Shown: positions 1-8,374 of the stretch, piece after piece
How the letters are laid out: each line of letters opens with the position of its first letter
How positions within the stretch are numbered: position 1 is the first letter of the stretch
DNA from: a virus
Lineage: Duplodnaviria > Caudoviricetes
Virus record (IMG/VR): IMGVR_UViG_2595698393_000001
Span: 11,995 to 75,994 of that record
Length of the DNA: 64,000 nt
Strand: one strand, 5' to 3'
The notes under the pieces: generated by a model
Told to the model about the DNA's origin: nothing
What the model saw: only the letters and a program-made list of their open reading frames with translations
Databases searched by the model: none
Position numbers and translations under genes: made by a program

Positions 1-681
1 TTTAATCTGCTCGTCAATCCTAGTTGGAATAGATTCTATAGATTTTTTGTGAAGTAAACGTGTTGCAGCAAGTTCTTTTTTATATTCGTCCAGGTCTTTA
101 CCTACTAATTTAGACAGTAAGGCCTCAAATTCTTTGTTTCCTGCAGCAATTTCTAAATTAGATACATTACCTGCAATTGAAATTAAAAGTTCTCTCTGCT
201 TCTCCCAGTGAAGTGCGTTAAAAGCTAAAGGATCTGAAATCATCTTGAAAATTAGTTCATCAAGTATGTTGCTTATTTTTTCTTCATACTCCTTTTTTGA
301 CTTCGGAACGTTGTTGTAGAAATACTTTGTAATATTTCCTTCAAAAACAGTTTCTAATGCACCCTTCTTTTTGGTCCATTTCTCGGATAAAATTCTGGTA
401 AGTGTAATCTCTTCTCCATCTACATCTAAAATAGCCTTAACGCTGTGATCTAATTTTGGAATAGCTACATTATTTTCGTCTAATGTTTTGATTGTAGATT
501 TAGAGTCCGATTCTCCAATCATATTTTTGCCAAAAAATAACCAAGAGAATGCGTCTCCAATGGTGGACTTTCCAGTACCATTGTCACCAAAAATACTTGT
601 GATGTGGTTGAAGTCGATATTAACTTCTTTTGCTCCTTTAAAGTAACGGAGTTCTAATCGCTTTAATTCAATGTGTTTCAT
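1..681 (-). CDS. SbcC/Rad50/SMC-like AAA ATPase (N-terminal part; runs off the window)
   Basis: Manual translation from ATG at 681: MKHIELKRLELRYFKGAKEVNIDFNHITSIFGDNGTGKSTIGDAFSWLFFGK. Walker A GDNGTGKST in an SMC/Rad50-type N-terminus. Not in the ORF track because it is truncated. Confidence 0.85.
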   Translation of the reverse strand, partial: MKHIELKRLELRYFKGAKEVNIDFNHITSIFGDNGTGKSTIGDAFSWLFFGKNMIGESDSKSTIKTLDENNVAIPKLDHSVKAILDVDGEEITLTRILSEKWTKKKGALETVFEGNITKYFYNNVPKSKKEYEEKISNILDELIFKMISDPLAFNALHWEKQRELLISIAGNVSNLEIAAGNKEFEALLSKLVGKDLDEYKKELAATRLLHKKSIESIPTRIDEQIK

Positions 682-704
682 TTTTCCCGATGTTTAATTA
701 TTTT

Positions 705-902
705 TTAATCTACTATTTTGAATTTCCTGGTTTCGTCAATTAGCTTCTGGACGCTTTCTAGTGTAAATAAGTTTGTTTTAAGGTCTAATTTATGAACTTC
801 TAATTTAGATTTAAAGTTCTTGTAGAAAGTTGTCCGGCTACAATTAAGCATTTCACAGGCTTTTTTTGTCGTTACTGCTATTGGTTTTTCATCTGATTTC
901 AT
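705..902 (-). CDS. Excisionase-like helix-turn-helix protein
   Basis: 65 aa, TTKKACEMLNCSRTTFYK is a Xis/MerR-like HTH pattern. Confidence 0.6.
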   Translation of the reverse strand: MKSDEKPIAVTTKKACEMLNCSRTTFYKNFKSKLEVHKLDLKTNLFTLESVQKLIDETRKFKIVD

Positions 903-963
903 AGTTTTGTTATTATTTGTAAAGAAGTGTAAAAATATGTAAAATTATTGGTATTATGAAACT

Positions 964-1539
964 TTAATTAGTTCTTTGTTGGTCTGCTAATCCTTTTTCT
1001 ATAAGTCCGTTCTTGTAGTGTTTATTTTTAATTACGTTAGATATTGTAGATTGTGAAACTCCAAAAGCTAATGATATTATAGACTGAGATACGCCAGAAT
1101 CATATAACGAAGATATAACACCGATATCTCTATCCATAAGCTTTGAAGCGTTGTTTTTTTGACCGTAGGTAATTCTACCTCTTTTATACGTATCTCTAAT
1201 ATTTTGAGACCTTGTAACCCATTCTAAGTTTGTATATAAATTATTATCTCTAATACCGTCTTTATGATTGACCTCTAAACCTTCAGTATATCCTGAACAA
1301 AAACTAAAAGCTACTAATCTATGCACTTTTATAGATGATGTTTTTTCATTATCTTTATTGTATAATCCTACATATAAATAACCACCTTTATCTTTTGATT
1401 GTTTTAAAACCCTTCCTTTTGTTTTACATCTAGTGCCATTACCTTTGTTAAACACAATTCGATCCAAGCTTTTAACTCTTCCAAAATTACTTACTTGATA
1501 AATGTTTTCATATCCTTTTATTGGTTTCCAAATCTCCAT
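964..1539 (-). CDS. NUMOD4-HNH homing endonuclease with C-terminal HTH
   Basis: EIWKPIKGYENIYQVSNFGRVKS (NUMOD4); VHRLVA...VNHKDGIRDNN..NLEWVT (HNH). Confidence 0.92.
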   Translation of the reverse strand: MEIWKPIKGYENIYQVSNFGRVKSLDRIVFNKGNGTRCKTKGRVLKQSKDKGGYLYVGLYNKDNEKTSSIKVHRLVAFSFCSGYTEGLEVNHKDGIRDNNLYTNLEWVTRSQNIRDTYKRGRITYGQKNNASKLMDRDIGVISSLYDSGVSQSIISLAFGVSQSTISNVIKNKHYKNGLIEKGLADQQRTN

Positions 1540-1565
1540 TACACTGTATTTTTATATTAGACACT

Positions 1566-2162
1566 TTAAATATAGTGTTGTTTATTTAATTCACTGTAAT
1601 AAACACAAAGTTTTTTTGAGTGTAAGTCAAAAACGTCGAAGTGCCATTCGAGTAGTTTGCACATTTCTTGATAATCAAAAGGTATTGATTGATTTCCGTA
1701 AGCTGAACCTATTTCATCTGACCAAGTTTTATGTATAAGTATATCATCTGAATTTATAGCCTTTGAAACGTCTATGTAGAATTGAATTTCGTTATCGATT
1801 GGTTGCTCACTATCATTAGGGTCCTCTAATAACTGAAATGATTTAATTTTACCGTCTTCAAATATGGTGTCTTCACCGTTTATTTCAAAGTCGTAACTTT
1901 TAGCAATTTCAATTAAAGGTATAAATGTCTCTCCATTAATTGTTATTTCCTTGGTTAAATCGCTTAACGGTCTTAGTATTGGTTTATGACCTATTCCGTT
2001 TATAACATTGTACAAATGCGTATATTTTCTAGGTAAGTCATAAGCCTTTGACATTTCAGATAATTCACGTACAACATTTTTACCGCTTTTTATTTTTAAT
2101 TCAAAAGGTAAATAAGGCGCTAAGTGTTTTAATTCTAGTTTCTCTTTGTTTTCTGTTTTCAT
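1566..2162 (-). CDS. Conserved Bacteroidota phage hypothetical protein
   Basis: LELKHLAPYLPF...KPILRPLSDL...LLEWHFDVFDL motifs recalled from flavobacterial phage proteins. Confidence 0.7.
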   Translation of the reverse strand: MKTENKEKLELKHLAPYLPFELKIKSGKNVVRELSEMSKAYDLPRKYTHLYNVINGIGHKPILRPLSDLTKEITINGETFIPLIEIAKSYDFEINGEDTIFEDGKIKSFQLLEDPNDSEQPIDNEIQFYIDVSKAINSDDILIHKTWSDEIGSAYGNQSIPFDYQEMCKLLEWHFDVFDLHSKKLCVYYSELNKQHYI

Positions 2163-2195
2163 AATACGTTTTTTAGATTAAATTATTATCGAGTT

Positions 2196-2203
2196 CAAAT
2201 ATA
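2196..2203 (-). promoter_or_regulatory. Bacteroidota sigma70 -7 element for the leftward operon
   Basis: TATATTTG on the minus strand matches TAnnTTTG, 34 nt upstream of the ATG at 2162. Confidence 0.55.
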
Positions 2204-2437
2204 TGTAAATATTTGTAAACTTGTGTATTTTATTATGAAAAAATAATTGTTGTTCAATGGTTGTTCAAATTTCATTGGACCAATGACTGCAAGTGCCGCA
2301 AGTACTGCATTGACTTCTTTGGCTCCGTGCCCGGAGTTAGAATACGTTTTTTAAAAGAAATACTTGCACAGTATGTTTTTTGGATATATATTTACATATC
2401 TTTACAAATATGTACAGAAATTAAAAAACAATAAATT

Positions 2438-2662
2438 ATGATTAAAGAAAACAGTAGCCAAGAAAGCAAAAGCAATGAACTTTATATATTGTTACCTACT
2501 GTAGAAAATACGGACAAAGAAGAACTAAACTTAATTAACAGTCTAAAAGAATATATAGATTGGTATGGTTGCAGAGATAGTAAAATGGATAAAATACTGC
2601 CAATAGAACAACAAGAAGGAATTGTAGTAACAGCAATGACTTTATTAAAAGAACTAACGTAG
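2438..2662 (+). CDS. Cassette ORF 1, hypothetical
   Basis: 74 aa ORF that reads through the GTT at 2491. Confidence 0.65.
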   Translation: MIKENSSQESKSNELYILLPTVENTDKEELNLINSLKEYIDWYGCRDSKMDKILPIEQQEGIVVTAMTLLKELT

Positions 2663-2679
2663 TATTTTATATTGTTGGT

Positions 2680-2802
2680 AACATATTTGGGTATGGAAAG
2701 TACGAGTAAATAAACAGTAATTTTTAGTAAAACACAAAATAAAGTAAATATGAAATTAAATAGAAATAGTAAAATAAGTAAGTATTTTTTATACCCGTTG
2801 TT
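2680..2802 (+). repeat. attC-like site A
   Basis: AAC(2680)-N6-GGGTATGGAAAGTAC(2689-2703)...GTATTTTTTATACCC(2782-2796)-N3-GTT(2800). Confidence 0.75.
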
Positions 2803-2965
2803 ATATGTAGTGCTTACAATACCTTTTGCGCTTTTTGCAATATTGTACTACAGCTCTAAAATAACACGAAGTTTAAGTTATCTATGCGTTTTTAAAATAG
2901 AAAGCGCAAAGCAAGAAATCACAGACTTTTGGAGCATAGAAACAGCTTTGGGAGATGTATTTTAA
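2750..2965 (+). CDS. Cassette ORF 2, small membrane protein
   Basis: 71 aa with a hydrophobic segment; starts inside site A. Confidence 0.65.
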   Translation: MKLNRNSKISKYFLYPLLYVVLTIPFALFAILYYSSKITRSLSYLCVFKIESAKQEITDFWSIETALGDVF

Positions 2966-3026
2966 CATTACATATAACGTTAAAATATATGATTAGTGCG
3001 ATTAAATTAAACTTAAACATAACAAA

Positions 3027-3395
3027 ATGAAAAAAGAAATAACAGAATTAAAAGATTTAAAAGGTAAAACGATAGTTGATACTAAAATGTCTTGTGGTGA
3101 CCTTTGGATTAAATTCTCTGACGATACTTTTGCTGTTTTTATTGTGAATGATATAACAGAAGGCTTTGGACATAGAAAAGAAGAAGTTAATTTATGCCAA
3201 TATGGTAAAGACAAAACAGAACATACTCTGCTCGAATTAGGTTTAATAACAAAACAGGAATATGAAAATGCTTGTAAGGATGAAGAATTGAGATACAATA
3301 AACTAGAAGAGAAACGAGAAAAAGAACAACAAGACCTAATTAAAAAAAATGAATTAGAGCAGTTAGAGAAACTTTCTAAAAAATACAATAGATAA
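3027..3395 (+). CDS. Hypothetical protein within the array
   Basis: 122 aa ORF with A-rich leader and coiled-coil C-terminus. Confidence 0.7.
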   Translation: MKKEITELKDLKGKTIVDTKMSCGDLWIKFSDDTFAVFIVNDITEGFGHRKEEVNLCQYGKDKTEHTLLELGLITKQEYENACKDEELRYNKLEEKREKEQQDLIKKNELEQLEKLSKKYNR

Positions 3396-3433
3396 ATACA
3401 TAACACAAACTAATTGAATTAAATATACGAATT

Positions 3434-3658
3434 ATGACAAACGAAGAATTTTTAAAAGATGTATGTCCGAATCATACAGAAAAATCAAAATGGAACAGAA
3501 GCGAATTACTGCACATTTTAGATATGCATAAAAAGCAATTACCTATAGCCGATGTTGTGGGGCGAAGCGAACAGTTAAATTGTGGGGATTGTGATAATTA
3601 TGAGGAATACGATAACGGTATTAAATGGTGTAGTAATTGCGGAAATAAATTAAGTTAA
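3434..3658 (+). CDS. Cassette ORF, zinc-ribbon protein
   Basis: CGDC...CSNC after the site-derived peptide LPIADVVGRSEQL. Confidence 0.65.
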   Translation: MTNEEFLKDVCPNHTEKSKWNRSELLHILDMHKKQLPIADVVGRSEQLNCGDCDNYEEYDNGIKWCSNCGNKLS

Positions 3659-3674
3659 CAATTTAATTGCTTAC

Positions 3675-3796
3675 AACGCTTGCAGGTATGTTTAGTGCCT
3701 GATTAAATAGTATAAATTTTTAAAATACAGATAACGATGAAAAAAGAACAGAACTTGAATAATGCAGAAACACAGGCATTAAATATACCTGTTGTT
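3675..3796 (+). repeat. attC-like site B
   Basis: AAC(3675), arm CAGGTATGTTTAGTGCCTG (3683-3701) pairs with CAGGCATTAAATATACCTG (3773-3791), then GTT(3794). Confidence 0.8.
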
Positions 3797-4042
3797 ATGT
3801 CCCGTTTTGATATTGAGCGTAAGGATTTGTATGAATATGACAAACCAAAAGAACGCACAAGAAAACGACTTACTGAAATGGCTGAATGTGGTATGGAAGA
3901 AACAGGTATTGCTTCATTTGGTTATAAGGGCATAATGAGTGGTTTGTATATCGAAAAAGTGTGGGGATATTCTGATGAAGATTTCAAAGATTATATGGAT
4001 TGGGCGAAAGGTTTAATTGTAGCTTCCTTAAATGGGGCATAA
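3737..4042 (+). CDS. Cassette ORF, hypothetical
   Basis: 101 aa; N-terminus (QALNIPVVMSRF) is encoded by site B; its stop TAA overlaps the AAC box. Confidence 0.7.
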   Translation: MKKEQNLNNAETQALNIPVVMSRFDIERKDLYEYDKPKERTRKRLTEMAECGMEETGIASFGYKGIMSGLYIEKVWGYSDEDFKDYMDWAKGLIVASLNGA

Positions 4043-4164
4043 CGGCTACTTGTATGAATAGTAGCCGAAAGTAAGCGAGAAACTTTGATTAAAAAACTAA
4101 ATTAGCAAATACAAAATAGCCACTAAAAAGACACCTTAACAGGCTATTATTTATACAAATTGTT
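4041..4164 (+). repeat. attC-like site C
   Basis: AAC(4041), arm TTGTATGAATAGTAGCC (4050-4066) pairs with GGCTATTATTTATACAA (4142-4158), then GTT(4162). Confidence 0.8.
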
Positions 4165-4181
4165 AGGGTGCGTTATTTAAA

Positions 4182-4379
4182 ATGGATGCAAATACTATAA
4201 AATTCAAAACGATTCAATTTATAAACGGTACTAAATATTTAGCACCAAAGCAAGTGGATGATTTAAAATACATAATTACTCACAATTTAAAAATTGAAAA
4301 AACAGAAGATACAGATAAAGCGATTGAAGAAGGTATAAAAACTTACTTTGATATGCAAAATAGCGTTGGGATTATTTAA
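4182..4379 (+). CDS. Cassette ORF, hypothetical
   Basis: 65 aa bracketed by GTTAGGGTGCGTTA and TAATGCACTCTAAC. Confidence 0.7.
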   Translation: MDANTIKFKTIQFINGTKYLAPKQVDDLKYIITHNLKIEKTEDTDKAIEEGIKTYFDMQNSVGII

Positions 4380-4423
4380 TGCACTCTAACAATGTTATAT
4401 AACTAATTCAAAAAACTGAATAT

Positions 4424-4660
4424 ATGGAAACTACTGCAAAACAAGTGACTTTAAATATAATAGATGGTAAATTTACATCTTTAGAATTGCAAAATTTACT
4501 TCAATTAATTGCACAAGAGTTGAAATTACAAACTACATCCAATTACGCTAAAGAAAACAAACTATCTTTTAATGGAGTTAAAAACTTTAGGCCTCATATT
4601 TTAATTGATGGAATCAAATTTCATTCAGACGGAATTATAGAAAATAGCTTACCTTTTTAA
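4424..4660 (+). CDS. Small putative HTH-like DNA-binding protein
   Basis: LQTTSNYAKENKLSFNGVK resembles an HTH. Confidence 0.45.
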   Translation: METTAKQVTLNIIDGKFTSLELQNLLQLIAQELKLQTTSNYAKENKLSFNGVKNFRPHILIDGIKFHSDGIIENSLPF

Positions 4661-4679
4661 TAAAAAAACCATCGGGAAA

Positions 4680-5965
4680 ATGGCAACAATAAGACTAGTA
4701 ACGAGAAGCAAGAAAAACCCTTGCAATTTAAACATTCGATTTTCTGCAGGAAGGGAGAACAACTTCTACTTGCCTACAAAAGTCTTTGTTAATCCAAACC
4801 ATTGGGATAATAAAAAATCGAACTACAAAAACTCTAACGAAATAGAAGATAGAATGATTAAAGCGGCTAAATTTGAACGCTTAAAATCTGATATTTTAAA
4901 CGAGTATAACACTGCTTATATGAATGGCGAAGTTACCGATACTCAATGGCTAGAAGAAGTTGTTAAGGATCTGTTTGATCGTCCAGAAAAAGAGAAAGGA
5001 AACAAAGTTCGTGAGCATTTTGTGTACTACTTAGATTTTTGTGAGTATTGGTTGAAGGAAATTGCACCGACCTGGAAGACAGAAAAGAATAAATTCATGT
5101 CAAAAAGAGCAATTCAGCAGTACGACACCTTCGTATTAGCCTTTAAAAATTTTCAAAACAGTTCTACAGGAAGGAGATACCGTATAAAAGATGTAAATAG
5201 TGTTGTTTTAAACGATTTCTCTACTTATCTATGTGACGAAGCTAAGTTTGCTCCTACGACATCGAAACGTTTAGTAGGTCGCGTTAAATTCTTTTTAAAC
5301 AGAGCAGAGAAGATCGGAATAAAAACAGATCCAAGCTTTAAAGAACGAGTTTATGTATCTAAAGAGGAAGGAGATATTTTGGTTCCGTATCTTAACGAAG
5401 AGGAAATTAGTAGAATTTTCAATTTAAACCTTGAGCACGATCATATTTTAGATAACATCCGGGATAGTTTTATAATTAGTTTGTGGTCGGGCCTTAGAAT
5501 TTCGGATTTCAATAATAACCTGAAGGCTGATAACATAGAAGGAGATTATATTAGTATAAAAACAAATAAGACTGGTAGTTGGGTGACAATTCCACTACAT
5601 AACCAAGTTAAGTTCGTGCTTAGTAAGCGTTTTGGTAATTTGCCGGCTAAATTTAGTGACAAGCTTTTTAATAAGCACATCAAAACAATATGCATGCTTG
5701 CTGAAATTGACGAAGATATTAAAGGGAAGTTATTCGATAAAGAAACGAAGCGTAAACTTACGGGTATCTATCCAAAATATAAGCTTATTTCGAGCCATTC
5801 GGGACGTCGAAGTTTTGCCAGTAACCTCCATGGCTTCGTACCTAATCACATACTTTCGGATCTTGGTGGTTGGTCCAGTGAAAAAATGATGCTTCACTAT
5901 GTTAAACGAACAAAAAAGAAAGTGCAGAAATTTTAAAAAACATTTGGGATGAAAAATATAAATAG
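4680..5965 (+). CDS. int: Tyrosine recombinase / phage integrase (Bacteroidota type: arm-binding, core-binding and catalytic domains)
   Basis: Catalytic set R (SGLRISD), K (KTNKTG), HxxR (SHSGRRSF), W (GGWSS), Y (LHYV). The ORF ends at 5936; adding one A in the run near 5915 gives the C-terminus TKKESAEILKNIWDEKYK ending at 5965. Confidence 0.93.
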
Positions 5966-6236
5966 TAAAGAAAAAGAAGTTCACAAACCTGAAGATGTAG
6001 TGAGATTTTTTAATGAAATGTCTATTGCAAGACGCAATCATGATATGTTCAATCCTTGGGAACCGTTTTCACACATAAGCGCAGATAAAATTTTCACAAA
6101 AGATGTTCTTGATAAAGGATTGAAATTATTAAGAGAATTGAGAATAGAAGAAACACAACAAGAAATTAATAGAATTGAATTAGATGAACTACCTAAATTA
6201 AAGGAGCATCTATTATATCTTAAAAAAAATAATTAG
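5949..6236 (+). CDS. Hypothetical protein
   Basis: 95 aa ORF co-directional with int. Confidence 0.6.
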   Translation: MKNINSKEKEVHKPEDVVRFFNEMSIARRNHDMFNPWEPFSHISADKIFTKDVLDKGLKLLRELRIEETQQEINRIELDELPKLKEHLLYLKKNN

Positions 6237-6237
6237 T

Positions 6238-6699
6238 ATGAGAGATACAAGATTAGAAATTTCTATAGAATCTTTAATAGAGTACAAGTACCCTAACATT
6301 AAAGATTTGAATGTAGAATGTATTCAGGGTGGTAAGACTGTAATTAAATACAGTAACAAAGATATTCCAAAACAAGATGTAATAGATTTTTTAGGGAGTG
6401 TTAAAAAAGAAACTGCTACTGAAGAATTTATAAAGGATTTAATTAGTGGTAGTGCCTTCGTATTCCACAACGGAAAACTTCTAGTTGAAAAAGGAAGTAC
6501 CGAAGAATCGTTTTTGAATAAACATATAATGTGTACTTCTTCAATAGATGGTGAGTTTTTTACATACACACTAGTTAGGTGCGATAAAAATAGTAGTGAA
6601 ATAATAATGTGCAAAACATTTAGGGAAGAAAAAAACTTTAAAGAGGAAGTTAATAATTTGGCAAAATATTTCAATGCAGATATACTTGAGGAAAAATAA
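6238..6699 (+). CDS. Hypothetical protein
   Basis: 153 aa ORF abutting the previous gene. Confidence 0.65.
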   Translation: MRDTRLEISIESLIEYKYPNIKDLNVECIQGGKTVIKYSNKDIPKQDVIDFLGSVKKETATEEFIKDLISGSAFVFHNGKLLVEKGSTEESFLNKHIMCTSSIDGEFFTYTLVRCDKNSSEIIMCKTFREEKNFKEEVNNLAKYFNADILEEK

Positions 6700-6785
6700 T
6701 AATGGATGCAATCCTGGCGAAGATCTTTAGTACAATAATTAAACGATTTTAAAATTGTGGCATCGTAACTTTAAATAATAATAAT

Positions 6786-6956
6786 ATGAAAAAATTTAAG
6801 GAAGTTTCTACAGAAAAAGAACGAAAATTAAAATATGAGGGGTTTTGTACTAAATGTAATAAGGTTTCGTTTTTTAGATTGATTAGCGGATCTGTTTTTA
6901 AAACTAATTACCGATGCATAAAGTGTAAAAATATAGAGGTTATAAATACTTATTAA
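6786..6956 (+). CDS. Small zinc-ribbon protein
   Basis: Manual translation, 56 aa, with CTKC...CIKC. Confidence 0.55.
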   Translation: MKKFKEVSTEKERKLKYEGFCTKCNKVSFFRLISGSVFKTNYRCIKCKNIEVINTY

Positions 6957-6962
6957 GCATAA

Positions 6963-6996
6963 AAAAACCCTTACTAGTAATATAGTAAGGGTTTTT
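6963..6996. terminator. Bidirectional intrinsic terminator
   Basis: AAAAACCCTTACTA-gtaata-TAGTAAGGGTTTTT between convergent operons. Confidence 0.85.
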
Positions 6997-7022
6997 ATTT
7001 TTATGGTTACCTACAATAAAAA

Positions 7023-7322
7023 CTATTTCATTAGGCTTTCATTGAAATCGTCGTATTCTATTTTGGCTTTACACATTTGCATTTTACCATCTTTAAAGTA
7101 TGCCTTCCATGTATCATCATATTCTTCACCCTTACCGTAAATTTCAAAAACTACTTTAGGGTGTTCCTTGCTAACTTCTTTCATTTCCTTTTCAAACTCA
7201 TACCATTTAGTAGGCTCGTCAAAAGGGTCGTAATCTACATGCTCACTTATTACTTCTCTATAGTTTGTAATGCAATCATCACCGCTATATATATCTAATT
7301 CAAATTTTGTATAATATCCCAT
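7023..7322 (-). CDS. Phage hypothetical protein
   Basis: MGYYTKF...KWYEFEKEMKEVSKEHPKVVFEIYGKGEE..D.WKAYFKDGK, a recurrent phage family pattern. Confidence 0.75.
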   Translation of the reverse strand: MGYYTKFELDIYSGDDCITNYREVISEHVDYDPFDEPTKWYEFEKEMKEVSKEHPKVVFEIYGKGEEYDDTWKAYFKDGKMQMCKAKIEYDDFNESLMK

Positions 7323-7325
7323 AAC

Positions 7326-7568
7326 TTATCTTTTTGCGTGAAAATTAATTTCTGCGTTTATTGCTTTTAGTATTCTTGATGCCGTAACTATAGAGGGCCG
7401 TTTTAGCCCTCTGATTATCTTTGAAATATCGCCCTGACTTATACCCGTTTCTCGAGAAATGAAGCCCTGTGTAATTCCTAAATTCTGCATTCTTTCGCTT
7501 ACGTAGTCCGCAAACTGCATTATTATTTCTTGTTCTGTTTCCGTGTGATCGATATAAGTCTGAGCCAT
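7326..7568 (-). CDS. XRE-family HTH regulator (candidate repressor)
   Basis: LGITQGFISRETGISQGDISKIIRGLKRPSIVTASRILKAI. Confidence 0.88.
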   Translation of the reverse strand: MAQTYIDHTETEQEIIMQFADYVSERMQNLGITQGFISRETGISQGDISKIIRGLKRPSIVTASRILKAINAEINFHAKR

Positions 7569-8062
7569 AATATTAAAAAGTTTTAATTCGTTCTACAAGT
7601 GCGCCCCTTTCATTTATAGAAAGTTCTTCAAAAGTTCTATTATTCATATGCCATCGTCCGTTAAAAACTTGGTAGTTTGTATTCGGTCTTGGTATTTCTT
7701 CCTTTATTTCTCTGATTGTTTCTAATATTCCAAACATAGTATTTTATTTAGGTGTTTCTTTTTTAAGCTGCTTCTTTTGATCTCTTTTAGGCGGCAAAGT
7801 TCCGCTAATAGTTCCGCCAGTTATTAGGCACTTATTTTGTTCCCACCATGCGGGGGCCAGTTTTTTTTGTGTCGTTTCCATGTTATAACAATAATAAGAT
7901 TGATATTGATAAAATTAAAATAATAGTCCAGTAATAGACGTCTTTAAATGTCGGCTTTTTCATAATAGTAAACCGTAAATGTTAATTGATATTCCTATTG
8001 CCCAAAGAATTAGCACGGTTAAAATTACCGTGCTATCTTTAATTTTTATGTCCTTCATACCT

Positions 8063-8356
8063 TTATTTTTTTGGTTCTTCAACATTAATATATTGTTTGT
8101 ACTCTTTGCCTGTTTTCTTACTGGTCCGTAAAATGTACAAACTACCGCGCGAACTTTTAAAAACTGGGTAACTAGTTCCTTTAATATCGATAGTAAACTT
8201 AGTTTTTACCGCTTCGGTTGCTGTTTTGGCTGTTTCTACCTTAACAAGCTTATCACCATCGACTATATATGTAGTTTTTTTTGATTGAGCGAAGCTACAC
8301 GACGATATAAGTAGTAAAATTCCTGTAATTGTGCCTAAAATGTTTCTTTTTTTCAT
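8063..8356 (-). CDS. Small secreted protein
   Basis: Signal peptide MKKRNILGTITGILLLISSCSFA|Q. Confidence 0.7.
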   Translation of the reverse strand: MKKRNILGTITGILLLISSCSFAQSKKTTYIVDGDKLVKVETAKTATEAVKTKFTIDIKGTSYPVFKSSRGSLYILRTSKKTGKEYKQYINVEEPKK

Positions 8357-8374
8357 ATCTAATAAATTTTAATT

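Larger units (their letters stand above)
2438..4390 (+). mobile_element. Integron-cassette-like array (5-6 small cassettes with attC-like sites)
   Basis: Cassette ends are complementary GTT.../...AAC pairs: 2491/2682, 2800/2978, 3554/3677, 3794/4043, 4162/4390. Hairpin arms lie between them. Confidence 0.75.

Noticed and set aside
2315-2340. tRNA 3'-end-like attP core (minus strand ...GCACGGAGCCA)
   Set aside because: No T-loop or acceptor match could be established by eye.
2976-3420. Complete attC-like sites around the 3027 ORF
   Set aside because: Left halves exist (AAC at 2976; ACATAAC near 3400) but I found no matching right arm or GTT, so they were treated as degenerate.
2438-4390. CRISPR array or DGR as an explanation for the repeats
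   Set aside because: The sites share geometry rather than sequence, the spacing is gene-sized, and there is no cas gene, reverse transcriptase or TR/VR pair with adenine-specific differences.
6700-6770. Possible third ribozyme (GATGC/GCATC three-way junction)
   Set aside because: Lacks the hammerhead GAAA and the HDV, twister and pistol core motifs on either strand.
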